A DNA stretch of 57,077 bases, the filler included, from Asterionella formosa (lineage: Eukaryota), in the NCBI GenBank assembly GCA_002256025.1. It is 6 parts of 6 records of this genome, joined end to end, with 100 filler letters (N's around TTAATTAATTAA, not from the genome) between each part and the next. Parts side by side here need not be neighbours in the genome. Positions count along the whole stretch, not along the records: positions 19,084 to 28,513 come from NKIB01010658.1; positions 28,614 to 38,042 come from NKIB01010669.1; 4 more parts are not named here. One strand, 5' to 3'. The notes below the pieces were generated by a model. That model was not told where the DNA came from and searched no databases. It saw only the letters and a list, made by a program, of their open reading frames with translations. The first letter of the stretch is position 1; every line of letters starts with the position of its first letter. The position numbers and the translations under genes are program-made. This document shows positions 23,256 to 35,901 of the stretch, piece after piece.

Positions 23256-25302
23256 TCGTCCTTGTTGGGGTAGGAGGGTATGCCTCTGATTGTCTCGTGT
23301 TTTTCTGTGTGTGGCAGATGGAGATACTATACTTGAACATGTTTCTTGTAGTTGTTTCTTGGAATGGCCTTGTTTAATTATATTGGAGGATTATAATTGA
23401 TAGCCAAATAAGAAATAGGCAAGGTTTTGATAAATATGACAACTCGTGGCTACCAGCAAATAGTGGTTGGTCAAGATCTTGGTCTAGATTGATGTGATGG
23501 ATTCCATTTAGAGCAAACCGCAGCTAGTAAGTGGTATATATCATTTCAGTCAATCATGAGACCCACCAATCAAGTCATATTGGTTAGAAAAAGTTATGAT
23601 GAATTTAAAGAAACTTCATTTCGCTCTAGCTAGCAGTAGCTTTCTAGTATGATAAGTGAATAAGTCGCTCTTCCAATATATACCAAGACTAATACAGTCG
23701 TAGAAGCCTACTTGTATTTAGTCAGCTGGCAGGAGCAGCAGGAGTGCTGATCTTACTGCTAGCAGTACCGGTACTTGCCAATAATCTCATGTATAAGTTC
23801 TATTTGTGGACTTGGCTGAGACTCTACTTTGGTGAGATTTGACAGTTTTAACTCATCTTTTATTGTTGCAGGGCCAAAACCCCAAAATGTATTCCTCTGC
23901 TGTTGGTCAGTCAGCACCACTGCTATCTGGTAATTTATTGACATCATAGTGTGGCAAGTCGACATGAATCTACAAAGCTCATCCTGATTGGCTTGCATCT
24001 CACCATCGTATTGGTTCACACCATGCTGGAACCACATGAAATTGTTTCATGAGTATGGTACCTTTGCCCAGCAAGTCACTAAATACTCCCAACTCGAACT
24101 CTATTTTTGTTCCCCATCATTGGCAGCAGCTCCGCCACCAGCATCAACCTTTGTTTACTTCAGTGTATGGTTCTATGAACTCCACTGCTACCTCATTGTA
24201 GTGCAAAAATAGCCAGAGCCACGAACAAAAGCGCTGCTTTCGTGCTTTGCTTGCCAACGCAATGAAACGCAACTTGATGGTTCCCCTTCTTGTTCAAAAA
24301 TCTCAATTCTCAGCTCTTATGCAGCCATCATTGGAGCTCATTTGAAACTGCCAATGCACATTTGGGTCAGGGAAGTGTATGGATGACAGGGAAACCATGG
24401 TATGGTCTGCACATTGGTCCTCCAGTTGCTGTCAATCGTCGATTTCATGGCTGATTGGAAGGTTGGTTAATTCAGCACGTCATGGTACCGGTATATTTAT
24501 TTTATGCTTACTAACTAAGATATACGATATTCGTACATTACTTTTACCGTTATATATCGGTTCCGCCATGACCACAGTTGTTACTTCCGGGTAAAGTTCG
24601 ACGACCTACCGGGTACACCAATACCGCATAGCAAGTAGAAGTACATACTCAATAAACAGCTAAATATCTCATTTACCGTATGACCGCAACTTGAATTTGA
24701 TGGCAGGAACCACACCTCGACAAAAAATGATGGATCGTTCGTTCCTTTGTCGTGTCATCGTCACAACGGAGACTACCTGCTTCCGTACTGTTATCATGCA
24801 GGATGGGCTATTTCTTTTTCAGAACCTCGTTATTCAAATTACATACAACAGGGTCTTTTTACAAATATGGAACAACACGAATTTTTTTCCAACACTTTCA
24901 CACCGCTCGTTTTGTTATAAGGATTCCATGACACGTTTCACTGTCGAATGTAGTATGACTTTTCAATGTTACTCCTTGTTGCCCACAGGTGATTTTAAAA
25001 AGATTGCAAAATAAATCGCAGATTAAATGACTCAGCCTCTGAAAGGGGCCATCTGACGTTGCACATTCTAGGCATCACCACCACATCACATTTTAGCTGG
25101 ACCACACACCTAAAACAGACCTATACTTGAAAATACTAGTCTAACAATATATATCATAGCTTACATTGATGAAAAATGACTTAATGAGAGCCATGTATTA
25201 GCAAATCCTTCACTAAATGAAAGCAAGCAGTCCCCGAGCAACAATAATCAGGAGAAGAATACCGATACGCTCATCCCTCGCCTTTAGTAACTCCTCTTCA
25301 TT

Positions 25303-25986
25303 ATGAAGAAGGGCAGCTCACTGACTGCGTCGGAGGCTTCGATACTATCACATCATATTTCCAAGAAACGAAAGTGCCAGCACAATCCAAAAACACCTGT
25401 CCAACAGAATTTGGACGACATTACGTCCCCCATTGAGTACGTATTGACTGCCTTTTCCACAGGTGCTGTCAAATCCACTGAGTCCCCTTTGTTCCAGCAC
25501 CGGCCCAGTGACGACGACGTTGCCGGATACAGCCTCGAACTTGTCATGGCACTCAGAGAAGGGAACTTGGCCAAGATACAGGAATTTCACACTGCTAATG
25601 CTCGATCTCTGGCCCGTTGCAACCGGTTTGGGGAATCTCTACTACACATGGCATGTCGGCGTGGCTATACGGATATTTGTCGCTTCATGGTGCAAGATGC
25701 TGGAGTATCCTTGTGGGTACATGATGACTTTGGACGGACGCCCATGCACTACAGTTGCTGGACGCCAGAACCCAATTTGGAACTACTGGACTTTCTTGTC
25801 ACGATGGAACCGACTCTACTGCTTATGAGTGACGTGAGAGGGCATATGCCAATGCATTATGTTCGGGAGGAGGATTGGAGTAGATGGATTGACTTTCTCA
25901 AAGCGAGAACTCACTTGTTGGTGAATAACAAGCAAGCACCCACTACTACCACAACTACCCTAGCTACCACTAATGAGAATCCTTGA
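25303..25986 (+). CDS. Ankyrin-repeat protein (diatom-expanded type)
   Basis: CNRFGESLLHMACRRG, DDFGRTPMHYSCW, DVRGHMPMHY. Start codon uncertain. Confidence 0.85.
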   Translation: MKKGSSLTASEASILSHHISKKRKCQHNPKTPVQQNLDDITSPIEYVLTAFSTGAVKSTESPLFQHRPSDDDVAGYSLELVMALREGNLAKIQEFHTANARSLARCNRFGESLLHMACRRGYTDICRFMVQDAGVSLWVHDDFGRTPMHYSCWTPEPNLELLDFLVTMEPTLLLMSDVRGHMPMHYVREEDWSRWIDFLKARTHLLVNNKQAPTTTTTTLATTNENP

Positions 25987-27266
25987 GAATCGTCATGATG
26001 CTTACTTGGCTATTGGTGTGCAGTGTACAACATGTCGTGTAAATTGAACTAGCATCCTTACTTGATCAAATTGTATATAGTAATAGTTGTTGTATTGTAC
26101 ATGTAACGTTTTCTTGGACACAAAGCAAACCACACCCTGCGGTGATGGAAAGCAATTTTTTTAATCTCTTGGAATCACATGTTGAGACCGAACTCATGAT
26201 TGCCAGTTATTTGTGTAAAATAGACACTGACCTGCTATTATGTCGCATGGGCATCCATTTGGCTATCGTTTGTTGTGGAGAGCTATAGCATACAATTACA
26301 TATCTTGGTATATACCTACCGATCACTTTTTTCACAACCAAAAATACCAGTAGTTTAGCTTGCCCTCGTCTGTGCTGTTGGATCCTGTCCTCTCATTCAC
26401 CTTATGTTACGTGCAGTAAACATTTTTATGTTTTAGTCGTATAAAGTGTACCGGTATGCGTTGACTATCTGGTACCGGTACTCTCCCTCGAGCAAATGCA
26501 GGAACCTTAAAGGGGGCGACCTGTAGTACACAAGTACTTGTACTTCTACAGCACTCTTTCATCCCACACCAGTTGTTACTTGGTACCCTGGTACTCAGAA
26601 ACAACAACGTCATTGATTGGCTGCTGCTTTGTTGGTATAAAATGTTGCTCAAACATACTGTGCTTACCGGTACACTCCTTTATTTGCATGGACGTACTGG
26701 GCATGTACTGCTTCACCAAACAGAAGCTGTTCTTTGTTGCGGTGTAGCAGAACATGAGGATGGTTTGCTTACACCATAGCTACATAGAGTCTGAGTGAAC
26801 CACGGTACCGGTAGACATTATTTTTATTTAGCCAGAATTTCACCACACAGCACCAGCCACGAGGCTCCTTGCCAAGGAGCAACAACATCACATCGACAAG
26901 CAATTCTGGTTCTTTTAAACGCCGAGAAGAAGAACATGACCACAATATATATAATTCTACAAACAATAATCCAATTGCCTTTCAGTATCTGTATGCGTCC
27001 GTTCCATGTCGTATCCCTCACTATGTAATGCGATCAAAACCTTTTGGTAAAGCAAAACGATGAATAAAAAATTGTCGTATGCACCCGGTATTCATGTACA
27101 AATATATACGGTCGAGCATGTTCGATTATAAATTCGAAACGAATACCGGTAACTGCATGCCTGGGTTTTACCAGCTAATACGGTTCAAGTATGGTCCCTG
27201 GTACTAGGTACCGCCTGGCACTCTCAGGAGTAACCTGGTACCAGGTACCAGGTAGCAGGTACCATC

Positions 27267-27461
27267 TGAAGTATCTAACTAGAAGTAGTAGTATTTGTTG
27301 AATATATGAGCTTATTAATTAATCCTTATGTATAACTCATTTCCTGAACTGACATCAAAGTATAGAATGGGTGTTAGTCGAGTTCTCTCATTATTGAATT
27401 CCGATATATTTGACATAACCCCAACTCTATATATATCTGTATCGATGTGCAGGATTGCTCA
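27267..27461 (-). mobile_element. Putative 3' LTR of the gypsy element (195 bp)
   Basis: Begins TGAGCA right after the purine tract gtgggagag on the minus strand and ends TTCA (TGA...TCA termini). Distal end inferred. Confidence 0.6.
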
Positions 27462-27487
27462 CTCTCCCACACTTGAGGGAAAACCTT

Positions 27488-28513
27488 TTACCTATGAAAA
27501 GGTTTGATACGACGAATATTAATTCGTTCGGTAATATGCATAGTGCGTTGAAAAGTAACTGTACCATTGGCATGTACTTGAATAATAGTATAAGGACCTC
27601 GTCCACGATCATCCAAAGTAGTAGGATTATCCAATAATATTAAAATCTCGTCACCCACTTTGTAATCATAAGATCGACGACGGAAATTTGCACGACGTAA
27701 ACGTTCGTCAATTATCACCTGTCGACGTTGATGTATTAATTGTAAATCTGTAATCAAAGGAATATTTAATATCATATCACGTTGGAAAACCCATGCTCCT
27801 GGTGAAATACGTAATATACTATGAATAGTAGCTCGAGCTGCATATGACGCAGCTGCAAAACATGTATCCACAATATTTTGGGCTTGAAATTCATTGATTG
27901 GAGGATGAGCCTTTAACATAACTCGTAGACTATTGCTGATAGATTGATGGAAACGTTCACAGATAGCATTTGCTTGTGGATTCTTTACTGTGGTAGTCAC
28001 ATCTTTGATTCCATTCAATACTAACATGTGTAAGAAAGGAGCACCAGTAAATTCACCTCCATTGTCATGTATACAACGTTCTGGACGGGGATATCTGGCT
28101 AACCAATCATTTTCAAATTTCATTGCAATATATTCTGATGTTTTATTGATGATACGTGAAATTTCTGCTAAATTGGTGACTGTGTCAATACAAGTTAGAG
28201 CACGAAATTCAATCGTTTGAGCAGCCACTGTTATCTTCCATGGACCAATTAGATCTACTGCGACTTCTGACCATGGTAATAATAATGCATTCCTGGGTGG
28301 AAGTTCACCAAAACCAGTACCAGGTAATTTTGTACGTTGACATGCTTCACATACTCTTACAATATGTTCCACTCTTGTTTTTAATATAGGGTGATAAAAA
28401 TGTGTAGCAATTGTAGCATTTAATCTTGTCATACCCACATGAGCTAACATCTGATGATACCAATTAATAATAGGATCCAATAATGATGTAGGAATAGCAA
28501 TACGCCAAGTATC
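27488..28513 (-). mobile_element. Ty3/gypsy pol C-terminus: uninterrupted integrase, 5'-truncated by the contig end
   Basis: HHCC zinc domain (WYHQMLAHVG...CEACQ); DDE triad VAVDLIGPW / IHDNGGEF / NAICERFH; GPY motif; no stops over more than 330 codons. Confidence 0.95.
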
Positions 28514-28613
28514 NNNNNNNNNNNNNNNNNNNNNNNNNNNNNNNNNNNNNNNNNNNNTTAATTAATTAANNNNNNNNNNNNNNNNNNNNNNNNNNNNNNN
28601 NNNNNNNNNNNNN
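28514..28613. other. Artificial contig linker
   Basis: N44-TTAATTAATTAA-N44. Confidence 0.98.
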
Positions 28614-29047
28614 ACCTACTAGCCGTTGCGATTGCCATCTTCAATTGGGGGAAAGTGTTCAATGGAGTACCGAACTACCGGTATATCTAAACCCATACAA
28701 CTAGGATGCCACAACGACATACTCAAGAAGGCATGGCTGATGGCAGATACCGGTTGTTGCATTATTAGTTGCGGCTTGTCACTGCAACAAGTTGCGGTAA
28801 TGATGCTCAATAAAAGATTTAGCTCTCTTTATCGTAAATTAAATTGCCTACCGGTATTGAGGAACAACAACTACAGTGGTACCAGGCACTCTGTATAACC
28901 TGTACTCGCTCACCGCCAGGTATTGTTTCGATAGCACACTCCTCGGCCGTCAGACCACCCCTCCTCAGCCGGAGGAAAGAATTTTTTCACATTCGCTCAT
29001 GACGATGGAACCGACCATGGAAACGACACCATCGCCTTATACTGTGC

Positions 29048-29872
29048 ATGTCATTAACCATCATGACACTCCAATCCGCTCCACTAGATGTCGAAGATGT
29101 TGATGAATATTTATGTCAGCTACTCTTGCCACGAATTCTTGCGAGTGTCGAGTATTTCCCCCAAGTGGAACTGAACGATAAGAAAGACTTGCTCTCGTCC
29201 ATACTTCAGGCGCTCTTATTGTATGCAAGCCTTGGTCAAACTCCAGCTACAAGGGCATTGGGTCTAACGATGGAAAATAGCAACAAACGAAAGATTACAA
29301 TACTTATTTTCTGTTCAGTGATTCTTCCAGCCATCTATCGGCGTATCAATGGTTGGTATCGATCGACATTACAAGGGGTTGGTTCATCCACCAATAGCAT
29401 GAATCAACTTTACTACATTGGATTCCAACGACGGCAGCAAGTAACGAAACGAATTGTCCAATTGGTCGAACCCTCTCTACCGTTGATGAATCTTCTATTC
29501 CTATTATCGTGGTGGAGTAACAAATCCAAATCACATACTTTGCCACTCTTCCTTTCTGGCCTTTCCTATACATCCACCACGGATCCGAAGCACTTGAATG
29601 TGGGCTACGCCCACCGGAGGTGGGGCTATGAGGAAATGGTAAAATGCTTTCGTGTGCTATCGCCCGTCACCGGGTGGGCGGATGTGCCTCGCATTCGCAG
29701 AACGACCCATGGCGAAGACGGATCTTGTCCCATTTGCAAGACTGCGTCCATCGTCATTCCCTTCACTTCCAACTGTTGTCAGCGCACGTACTGCTATACA
29801 TGTTTGTGGCAGATAAAAAGCGGCAACTGCAGAGTGTGTCGGCAGCCAGTGATGGAAATTACAAGGGTATGA
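29048..29872 (+). CDS. PEX2: RING-finger peroxin, Pex2-like
   Basis: N-terminal LDVEDVDEYL, GQTPATRALGL, LNVGYAHRRWGY, and C-terminal RING CPIC...CC..TYCYTC...CRVC, in the Pex2/10/12 arrangement. The His-less RING fits Pex2. Confidence 0.65.
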   Translation: MSLTIMTLQSAPLDVEDVDEYLCQLLLPRILASVEYFPQVELNDKKDLLSSILQALLLYASLGQTPATRALGLTMENSNKRKITILIFCSVILPAIYRRINGWYRSTLQGVGSSTNSMNQLYYIGFQRRQQVTKRIVQLVEPSLPLMNLLFLLSWWSNKSKSHTLPLFLSGLSYTSTTDPKHLNVGYAHRRWGYEEMVKCFRVLSPVTGWADVPRIRRTTHGEDGSCPICKTASIVIPFTSNCCQRTYCYTCLWQIKSGNCRVCRQPVMEITRV

Positions 29873-30379
29873 GATTGGGAAAGGATGGTATGATTTTGGA
29901 TTATATTTATTTGGGTCTCTCAAAAACTTCATAAAAGTTTCAACGAAGGGAACAGAAGAATCCATGAAAAAATATCGCCGCTGTTGTACCTGGAGGTGTT
30001 TTGACTGGGACTGTGTGTAATCGTACTCGAGGAAGAGAAAAATATACGGTGTTGTTTTCCCGGCCCTAGGAGACTAATACTATCTGGATTTCATGCTGGC
30101 ACAAGAGGACGATACGGCTAATCGGGAGTAAGACCTACCATGATTGAGAAGACAATGCCATCCGTGCTATTCGTGGTGAATGTATTTTCATAAGAGTGCC
30201 TACAGACTTCACAGTGTTGATTGTCATTGACATGATCCTTGTTATTCTTCACAAGTAAGTCGGAAACTCTCACGAAAGACATTTTTCCTCCTTGATAGTA
30301 ATGGTACGATCCCCAATCTTGTGAATGAAATGCTGATCTCCTCGTGCATTCGTGTGACATTTTCCAAACGAATCATATT

Positions 30380-31365
30380 TACTGGTAAATACCAGTACCG
30401 GTTGGCAGAGTACACTCATGCTTGTTATCTACATTACCGGTATGCCTACCGGTAGATACCAGACATTTTTGCGTAGTTGAAGAAAAGACTTCTATAGAAA
30501 ACCGGAACACTGCCTGGAGTACCGGTATACCAATGGTATGTACTGGTGTGATGCTCCAGAGAACATACCGGTACAACAATACTAACTCGGAGTGAATCGT
30601 ATCATCTTCCTATCATCGCTCCATCATACCGGTAAAACATATAGATACGATAAGTGGTACGTACATGATGACAGCATAGTTCTCTTTGAAGTAGTTAGTC
30701 ACTGCTGCGCACGAAACTAATAATGCTTTCTTGGAGAACACACAGTACCAGGTACTACCGGCAGTAAAGCTGTCTTCTTCGGCTTCCACGTTTTCCTTGA
30801 GGGGCCGAACTTCGAGACGTGCAGTGCTACTAAATACAGAATATTTTCCGTATGAATACCAGTACCCTGGTACCTGGTACCGGTATGTGGGCGACACTAG
30901 ACGTCACAAGTGAAACACCGTACCAATATCTTACAGAAGCAAGGAGTAATCCAAAACGCAACTTCCAGTACCGGTATATCTCCGACTAAGGAATACAGTA
31001 CCTGGTACTGCTGCGTCACACCAGACACGCACAACCATCTGGACGATGTAGAAGGTGAGTACCTGGTACTCCTAGCACTGGCACCTGGTCCCAGGGTACC
31101 AGTACCTGGTACCATGATGGCTGACTGTCGCGTCGATGATGGATACCTGTATTCGTCGTACATACTACCTGGTACCGGTAGATTAGAATTCCGGTACCGG
31201 TACTGGAACCCCGGTACCTGGTACCAACGTATACCTGTACCACTACACAGTAGTTTATCACCGCTGTGGAGTCCTGCCAAGGAGTAACAGTGTCAAAAAT
31301 CTAGAAGATTAATGATGCATGCATGATCAGTTTCTTGTACCAGGTACCAGGTACTGGTACGGTAC
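30380..31365. repeat. Largest cluster (about 1 kb) of GGTACC(W) / TACCGGTA palindromic micro-arrays, ending 110 bp before ATG 31475
   Basis: For example taccctggtacctggtaccggta (~30863), tacctggtaccggta (~31166), ccggtacctggtacc (~31210), gtaccaggtaccaggtactggtacggtac (~31337). Confidence 0.9.
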
Positions 31366-31474
31366 ACATACGGCAAAGAAAATGTTGAGACCTGCATCCT
31401 CAGAAACGAGGTTCGGTTTGTGACGATTTATCTCACAACGTACAAATTTTATAACACCGAAAGAATCGATCAGA

Positions 31475-33455
31475 ATGCAAGGAAATACCACAAGCGATGA
31501 CAAGTCCAAGAAAACAACCGACAATGATGGGACCCTGAGTAGACCAACTGGCTTGCCGCCCGCAAGTCAAATTCGAGGCGTACAATCGCCAATGGGCCCG
31601 ACAGCTGAATTTCGGTAAGTCATCCTGTCTCATGTGTTCATTTGGCTGTCTTTGAATCATGCATTAGAGGAAAAATATGATACTCCGTCATTTTATGTAC
31701 CAGGAAACTAGTAAAGTGTACGCAGCGCGGTACTTCGTGTTTTTTTAAAACATCCATTCTGCTGCCTGTTTGAGGGACACTTGTTCTCACACTCTAGCTC
31801 CATCTGGATTTTGCAGAAGTTTGACAGTCAATGCTGGATTTGGAGTCGTTGAATCTATCACTAGAAACATTGGGAACAGTGCCTTTTCGATGCGAACACC
31901 TTCCGTGGCTGAAACAAGCACGTTGGTTGCTGATAAAGAGGCAGAGAAGCAAGAGACAGAATTTAGAAGTGTGTCAGTCAATGCTGGATTACGAATCATC
32001 GAAAGTGGGAATCTTGGGAAGAGTTCCTTTGCCATGCGACCTCCTTCCATGGAGGAAGTTGACATGTTGGTTGCCGCTAAAGAGACGATGAAGCAACAGA
32101 CAGAAGCGCCCAAAACTGAGCGAATGGAAGCTTTCAACATGGGACGCCAATTCCCAGTCACGCAAGGCCCCAGGTCTTTGGAAAGTCACCTGAACATGGA
32201 TAGAGTTTCCTTGAACTCCCCTTGCTATCCTATGCCAGGAGGACCCGTTGTCGAAGGTCCTGTTGGTTCCTATAACGCAACAACCTGGTCACACCCCGAG
32301 CTCCGCCCAGTTCCTAAATATTATCCCATGGAGCGTAGTAACTGCATCCTCAGCTTATCAGAGCACTCCGTTGAGGAAATCACCCGTAACATTTCTGAGT
32401 GCCTTCGTCTGTTGTCTGTCCATGCCAAGTACTTCAACAAGCCCGCAGCGGCTGCGTTGTTGACACCGGAACACGTGGAAATCTACCTTACATTATGGAA
32501 GGCAAGTCGCAATGAGGTTCAAGTCGAAGTCCAGCGTCGCAGGGGTGATAGTGTTACCTTCCACAGGTATTGTCGACATATTCTCGATGCAGCGAGCGGG
32601 GATTTTGATAAAAGCGAAGTTCCTGCCGCAGCTGGATCGCTGCAGTACTTGAAAGCGGCGGAAAAACTGTTGCGATCGGAACTTTCCAAGGCGTCTGGTG
32701 ATGAAGAGAGTAAGCTGGCCATGGAACTGACGCACTCGCTTCTCAAGAAAGAACGCCTGGATGCAAGGAGATTAGGCATGGAATCCCTTTGCATTATTAC
32801 AGATCCCACCAAGACACACTTACCGACCACAGTTATGGCTAGCCGTGCCGTCGTGCTCGGGGGCGAAGATTCTGTGAGCAACGACATTCACGCAATGATC
32901 ATCAATCTTGTCCAGAATAGATGTATGGGCGACGAGGATGATTTGCTGGAAGGGATGCCTGTTGAGTATGATTCGGACGATGAAGATTTCTTCCCTTCTG
33001 ACGACGAACGAGATAATAATCATCCTCCAGAATACAATGATAGTTTGAGTATCATGATTAATCATGCCTTCACTGTCTTATCCAATGCCTTGCAAGTCCT
33101 CTCCACGTTTGAGCCCTTTGATACCACCCCAGAGACGACACCTCCACTCCCATCTATGGAATTCTTGGTGGATCATTTTCTCCTCGATGCGTACGAGGTG
33201 TCCAACACCGATATGATATTTTCACTGCTCAAACAGATTCAACGCGCTCCCATTAAGCCTCACAATGCATGTTTAGCCAGCAAGTCATTGTTCCTTTTGG
33301 TTTCGCATTCAAGTGAAGCAAGGGAACGTGCCATCAAGTTGGGAGCCCTCTCTATTGTGGAGAGGGCTCTTGATGTGGGCATTACCTCGCATTCCAAGCT
33401 GGAACAGGAGTGCCGGTTTCTTCTTGAAGTTTTGAACAGCATAATCAAGCATTAG
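31475..33455 (+). CDS. Conserved-looking hypothetical protein; exons 31475-31614 and 31817-33455
   Basis: Phase-2 intron CG|gtaagt...ttgcag|A gives EFRSLTVNAG, which matches the downstream internal repeat EFRSVSVNAG. Long ORF with VEVQRRRGD...F motif and a helical ARM-like C-terminus. Confidence 0.8.
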
Positions 33456-33877
33456 GAGGAAAGGAAGAGACTTTGTGGTGGCATCAATTGTGTACAATAT
33501 CATTCTTGGAACTTCACAAGAGCAAGAAGCATACCGACAAGTCAGAGCCTGAATGGGGTACCGAATGGCTCCAAATTTGTATGATTAATGATATTATGTA
33601 CTATTAAATAAGCATCACAAATCAAGAACTCTGGAGTATAATTAGACTTGTTTGGCATAGTTTTGAATGATTACAGTGCTCGAGCTCGTAATCGGGAGAG
33701 TGCAAGAATCGCCTCAACTTCATGCGTTCATACACTCATTTGCCCATGCTAGCTACCGCGATCTCGATGACATGGAATCAAAAGATGAGTTCCATTGACT
33801 TCTTGCTTTGAGGCTTCGGCAAAAATCTGACACCTGACTGAAGAACTAGACTGCAAACATAATTTTATGGCGCCTCC

Positions 33878-35422
33878 TTAAGTCAAAGCATCAATAAATT
33901 TGTCTAGCTCGTCTGTATGCCCTCCAGTCGCAGTTCCCAAGGGTAAATGTCCTGGCCTAGCCAAGTCCAAAATCAACACTAACCTCTCACCAGTGGCAGC
34001 GTAGTTGAACGCCCGATGCACTTTCGAGTCATCAAAGGCCATTGGCCGTCCTTCCTTGTGAGTCTCGACACATCCATCAACCCACGCACCACACAGGCCA
34101 TCGCCTTCCGGAACAACCAAAGGCAGGTGCAATCTATACACATGATTCGCCAAGTCCTCCCATCCCGTGTGGGGCTCGAGAGTGGTTTCAGGTTCTAACC
34201 TGGAAAAAAGGGCTGTCCGGAGCGTGTCTCCTAAATGCTCTTTCAGAAGGGCTACCGTTCTCGGGACAAAGTTGCATGTCACGTCAATCCACTTGCGATT
34301 CTCGACATGATTGGCTGGAAAACAGTGACACAATGGAAAAACAGTCCAAGTCGGTTCATCTGAGTTGCCTTTTGAGGAATAGTGTTGTTTTTCTGGCCAA
34401 GCAGTCCATTGAGGAATATTGATGGCTTCCTTTCGAATTGTCTCAAAGTTTTCGGGTTCTAGGATCGGTTCCAACAAATTATTATAGTCTTGTTTGACCG
34501 AAATAAAGGGCGGGGCAACTGGTCTGAAAATTTCTTGAAACTCATTTTCGTCACTATCCTCGTCGTCAACAACATGTTCTTGTTGTATGATGTAGGACTC
34601 CACGAGACACCCATCTGGAACAAAATGTCCAATTGGATGCTGCACCATGAGCGCGTCCCTCGGGGGCAATCGTCGATACACCAACAGGCGGGCCTCTGAT
34701 ACATCACCGAACAAGAAGTTGTTTCCTGGCAATCCATTTTTCCACCATTCTTGATTCCGAGTCGGAATGGCTAGTCGAGAAATGGAATGCAAAAAGTAGG
34801 ACGGACACGCATCCGTCGTTCGAAAGGATATCAATGCATCTAGTGATTCCATCGGCAACACCAGACAAACTACGGGATACTCCTTGTCATCAAAATCACC
34901 CCAAGGGTGTGCATGATGTGAGATGCCAAGAAGTGATCTTAGAAAGTGGCAACACTGACCTGGTCGATGAAGAAGTGTCGGACCACGAGACCGTAGGTCT
35001 ACCCACATAACGTCAACAGGTTGGTTTGAGTCTACACGGAATGCTTGTTCCTTCAGTGGTCGTCTGGTCCATTCACTGTGCGGAGCAAGTGAAGGGGCAG
35101 TTTGCTTCGACGTCGTAACTTGATAATTATGAACCTGCACTGGCGGGTCAATCATGTCATCTTCGCCATCGTCTTCCATAAGAGCGTCTTCAAGAATACC
35201 CAAAGCAGAAGAAATCAGTGTACGTGGTTTTTGACACCCTATCAAGTGTGCGTCGTGGCGTGGCGATACTTGAGTCCGGGAAGATAGATCTCCGTCCTTA
35301 GTAGTAAGGAAGGACTCAATGGCATTTTCTAATTCCAACGTGTGCATGAGTGTAGTGCTACTATGGGAGAGTTGCAAGGTATTGTCATTGTAAATTACTT
35401 GTCGAGTAGAGGGAACAATCAT
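33878..35422 (-). CDS. Aspartyl/asparaginyl beta-hydroxylase-domain (2OG/Fe dioxygenase) protein
   Basis: 514 aa. C-terminal WTVFPL, ALFSRLEPETTLEPHTG, YRLHLPLVVP, EGRPMAFDDSKVHRAFN, RLVLILD. Confidence 0.9.
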   Translation of the reverse strand: MIVPSTRQVIYNDNTLQLSHSSTTLMHTLELENAIESFLTTKDGDLSSRTQVSPRHDAHLIGCQKPRTLISSALGILEDALMEDDGEDDMIDPPVQVHNYQVTTSKQTAPSLAPHSEWTRRPLKEQAFRVDSNQPVDVMWVDLRSRGPTLLHRPGQCCHFLRSLLGISHHAHPWGDFDDKEYPVVCLVLPMESLDALISFRTTDACPSYFLHSISRLAIPTRNQEWWKNGLPGNNFLFGDVSEARLLVYRRLPPRDALMVQHPIGHFVPDGCLVESYIIQQEHVVDDEDSDENEFQEIFRPVAPPFISVKQDYNNLLEPILEPENFETIRKEAINIPQWTAWPEKQHYSSKGNSDEPTWTVFPLCHCFPANHVENRKWIDVTCNFVPRTVALLKEHLGDTLRTALFSRLEPETTLEPHTGWEDLANHVYRLHLPLVVPEGDGLCGAWVDGCVETHKEGRPMAFDDSKVHRAFNYAATGERLVLILDLARPGHLPLGTATGGHTDELDKFIDALT

Positions 35423-35753
35423 TTCTTGTTACGGGGTTCAACGTTTGCAATCTATTCTTGTTGTGAGCTTCCCTAGTCTCGTCGCGATCACTGAGAACGA
35501 AGACTTTGAGGATACGGCTACTCGCTTTACTGGAATTCGCTTCACGTTAACTGATATCCGTCGAAGGCTGTGAATGAGGAGCAAAAGCAAAGCTAAGCAA
35601 AATATGTTCAGGAAACAAGCACCAGGAACAGTTCCTGGCAATTTTTATTGGAGGGATTGCTATTGCCTACATATGATAATTGCTTCTTACCGTAATGCAT
35701 TAACGATGACATAAAAATACGCGCTCGTCCTTGAATTGTCCTGTCCGTGGTAT

Positions 35754-35901
35754 GGTACCGGTACATGACCTGGAGACCTTAGTACAGCACCAGGTAACAG
35801 GTACCTGGTAACATACCAGTACATCATGGATTGTTTGAACAAGGTGACCGTGCAAGTGCTGCCTGGCACTCTACCAGGTATCAGGTACGGAGTACCTGGT
35901 A
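35754..35901. repeat. GGTACC(W) micro-array cluster upstream of the minus-strand hydroxylase gene
   Basis: ggtaccggtac, caggtacctggta, taccaggtatcaggtacggagtacctggta. Confidence 0.8.

Noticed and set aside
23600..24350. Broken minus-strand frames, possibly a transposase relic
   Set aside because: No motif I can assign with confidence.
30613..31524. Short ORFs rich in YQVPG / VPGT / WYRY
   Set aside because: Translations of the GGTACC arrays, which lack stops in several frames; no protein features.
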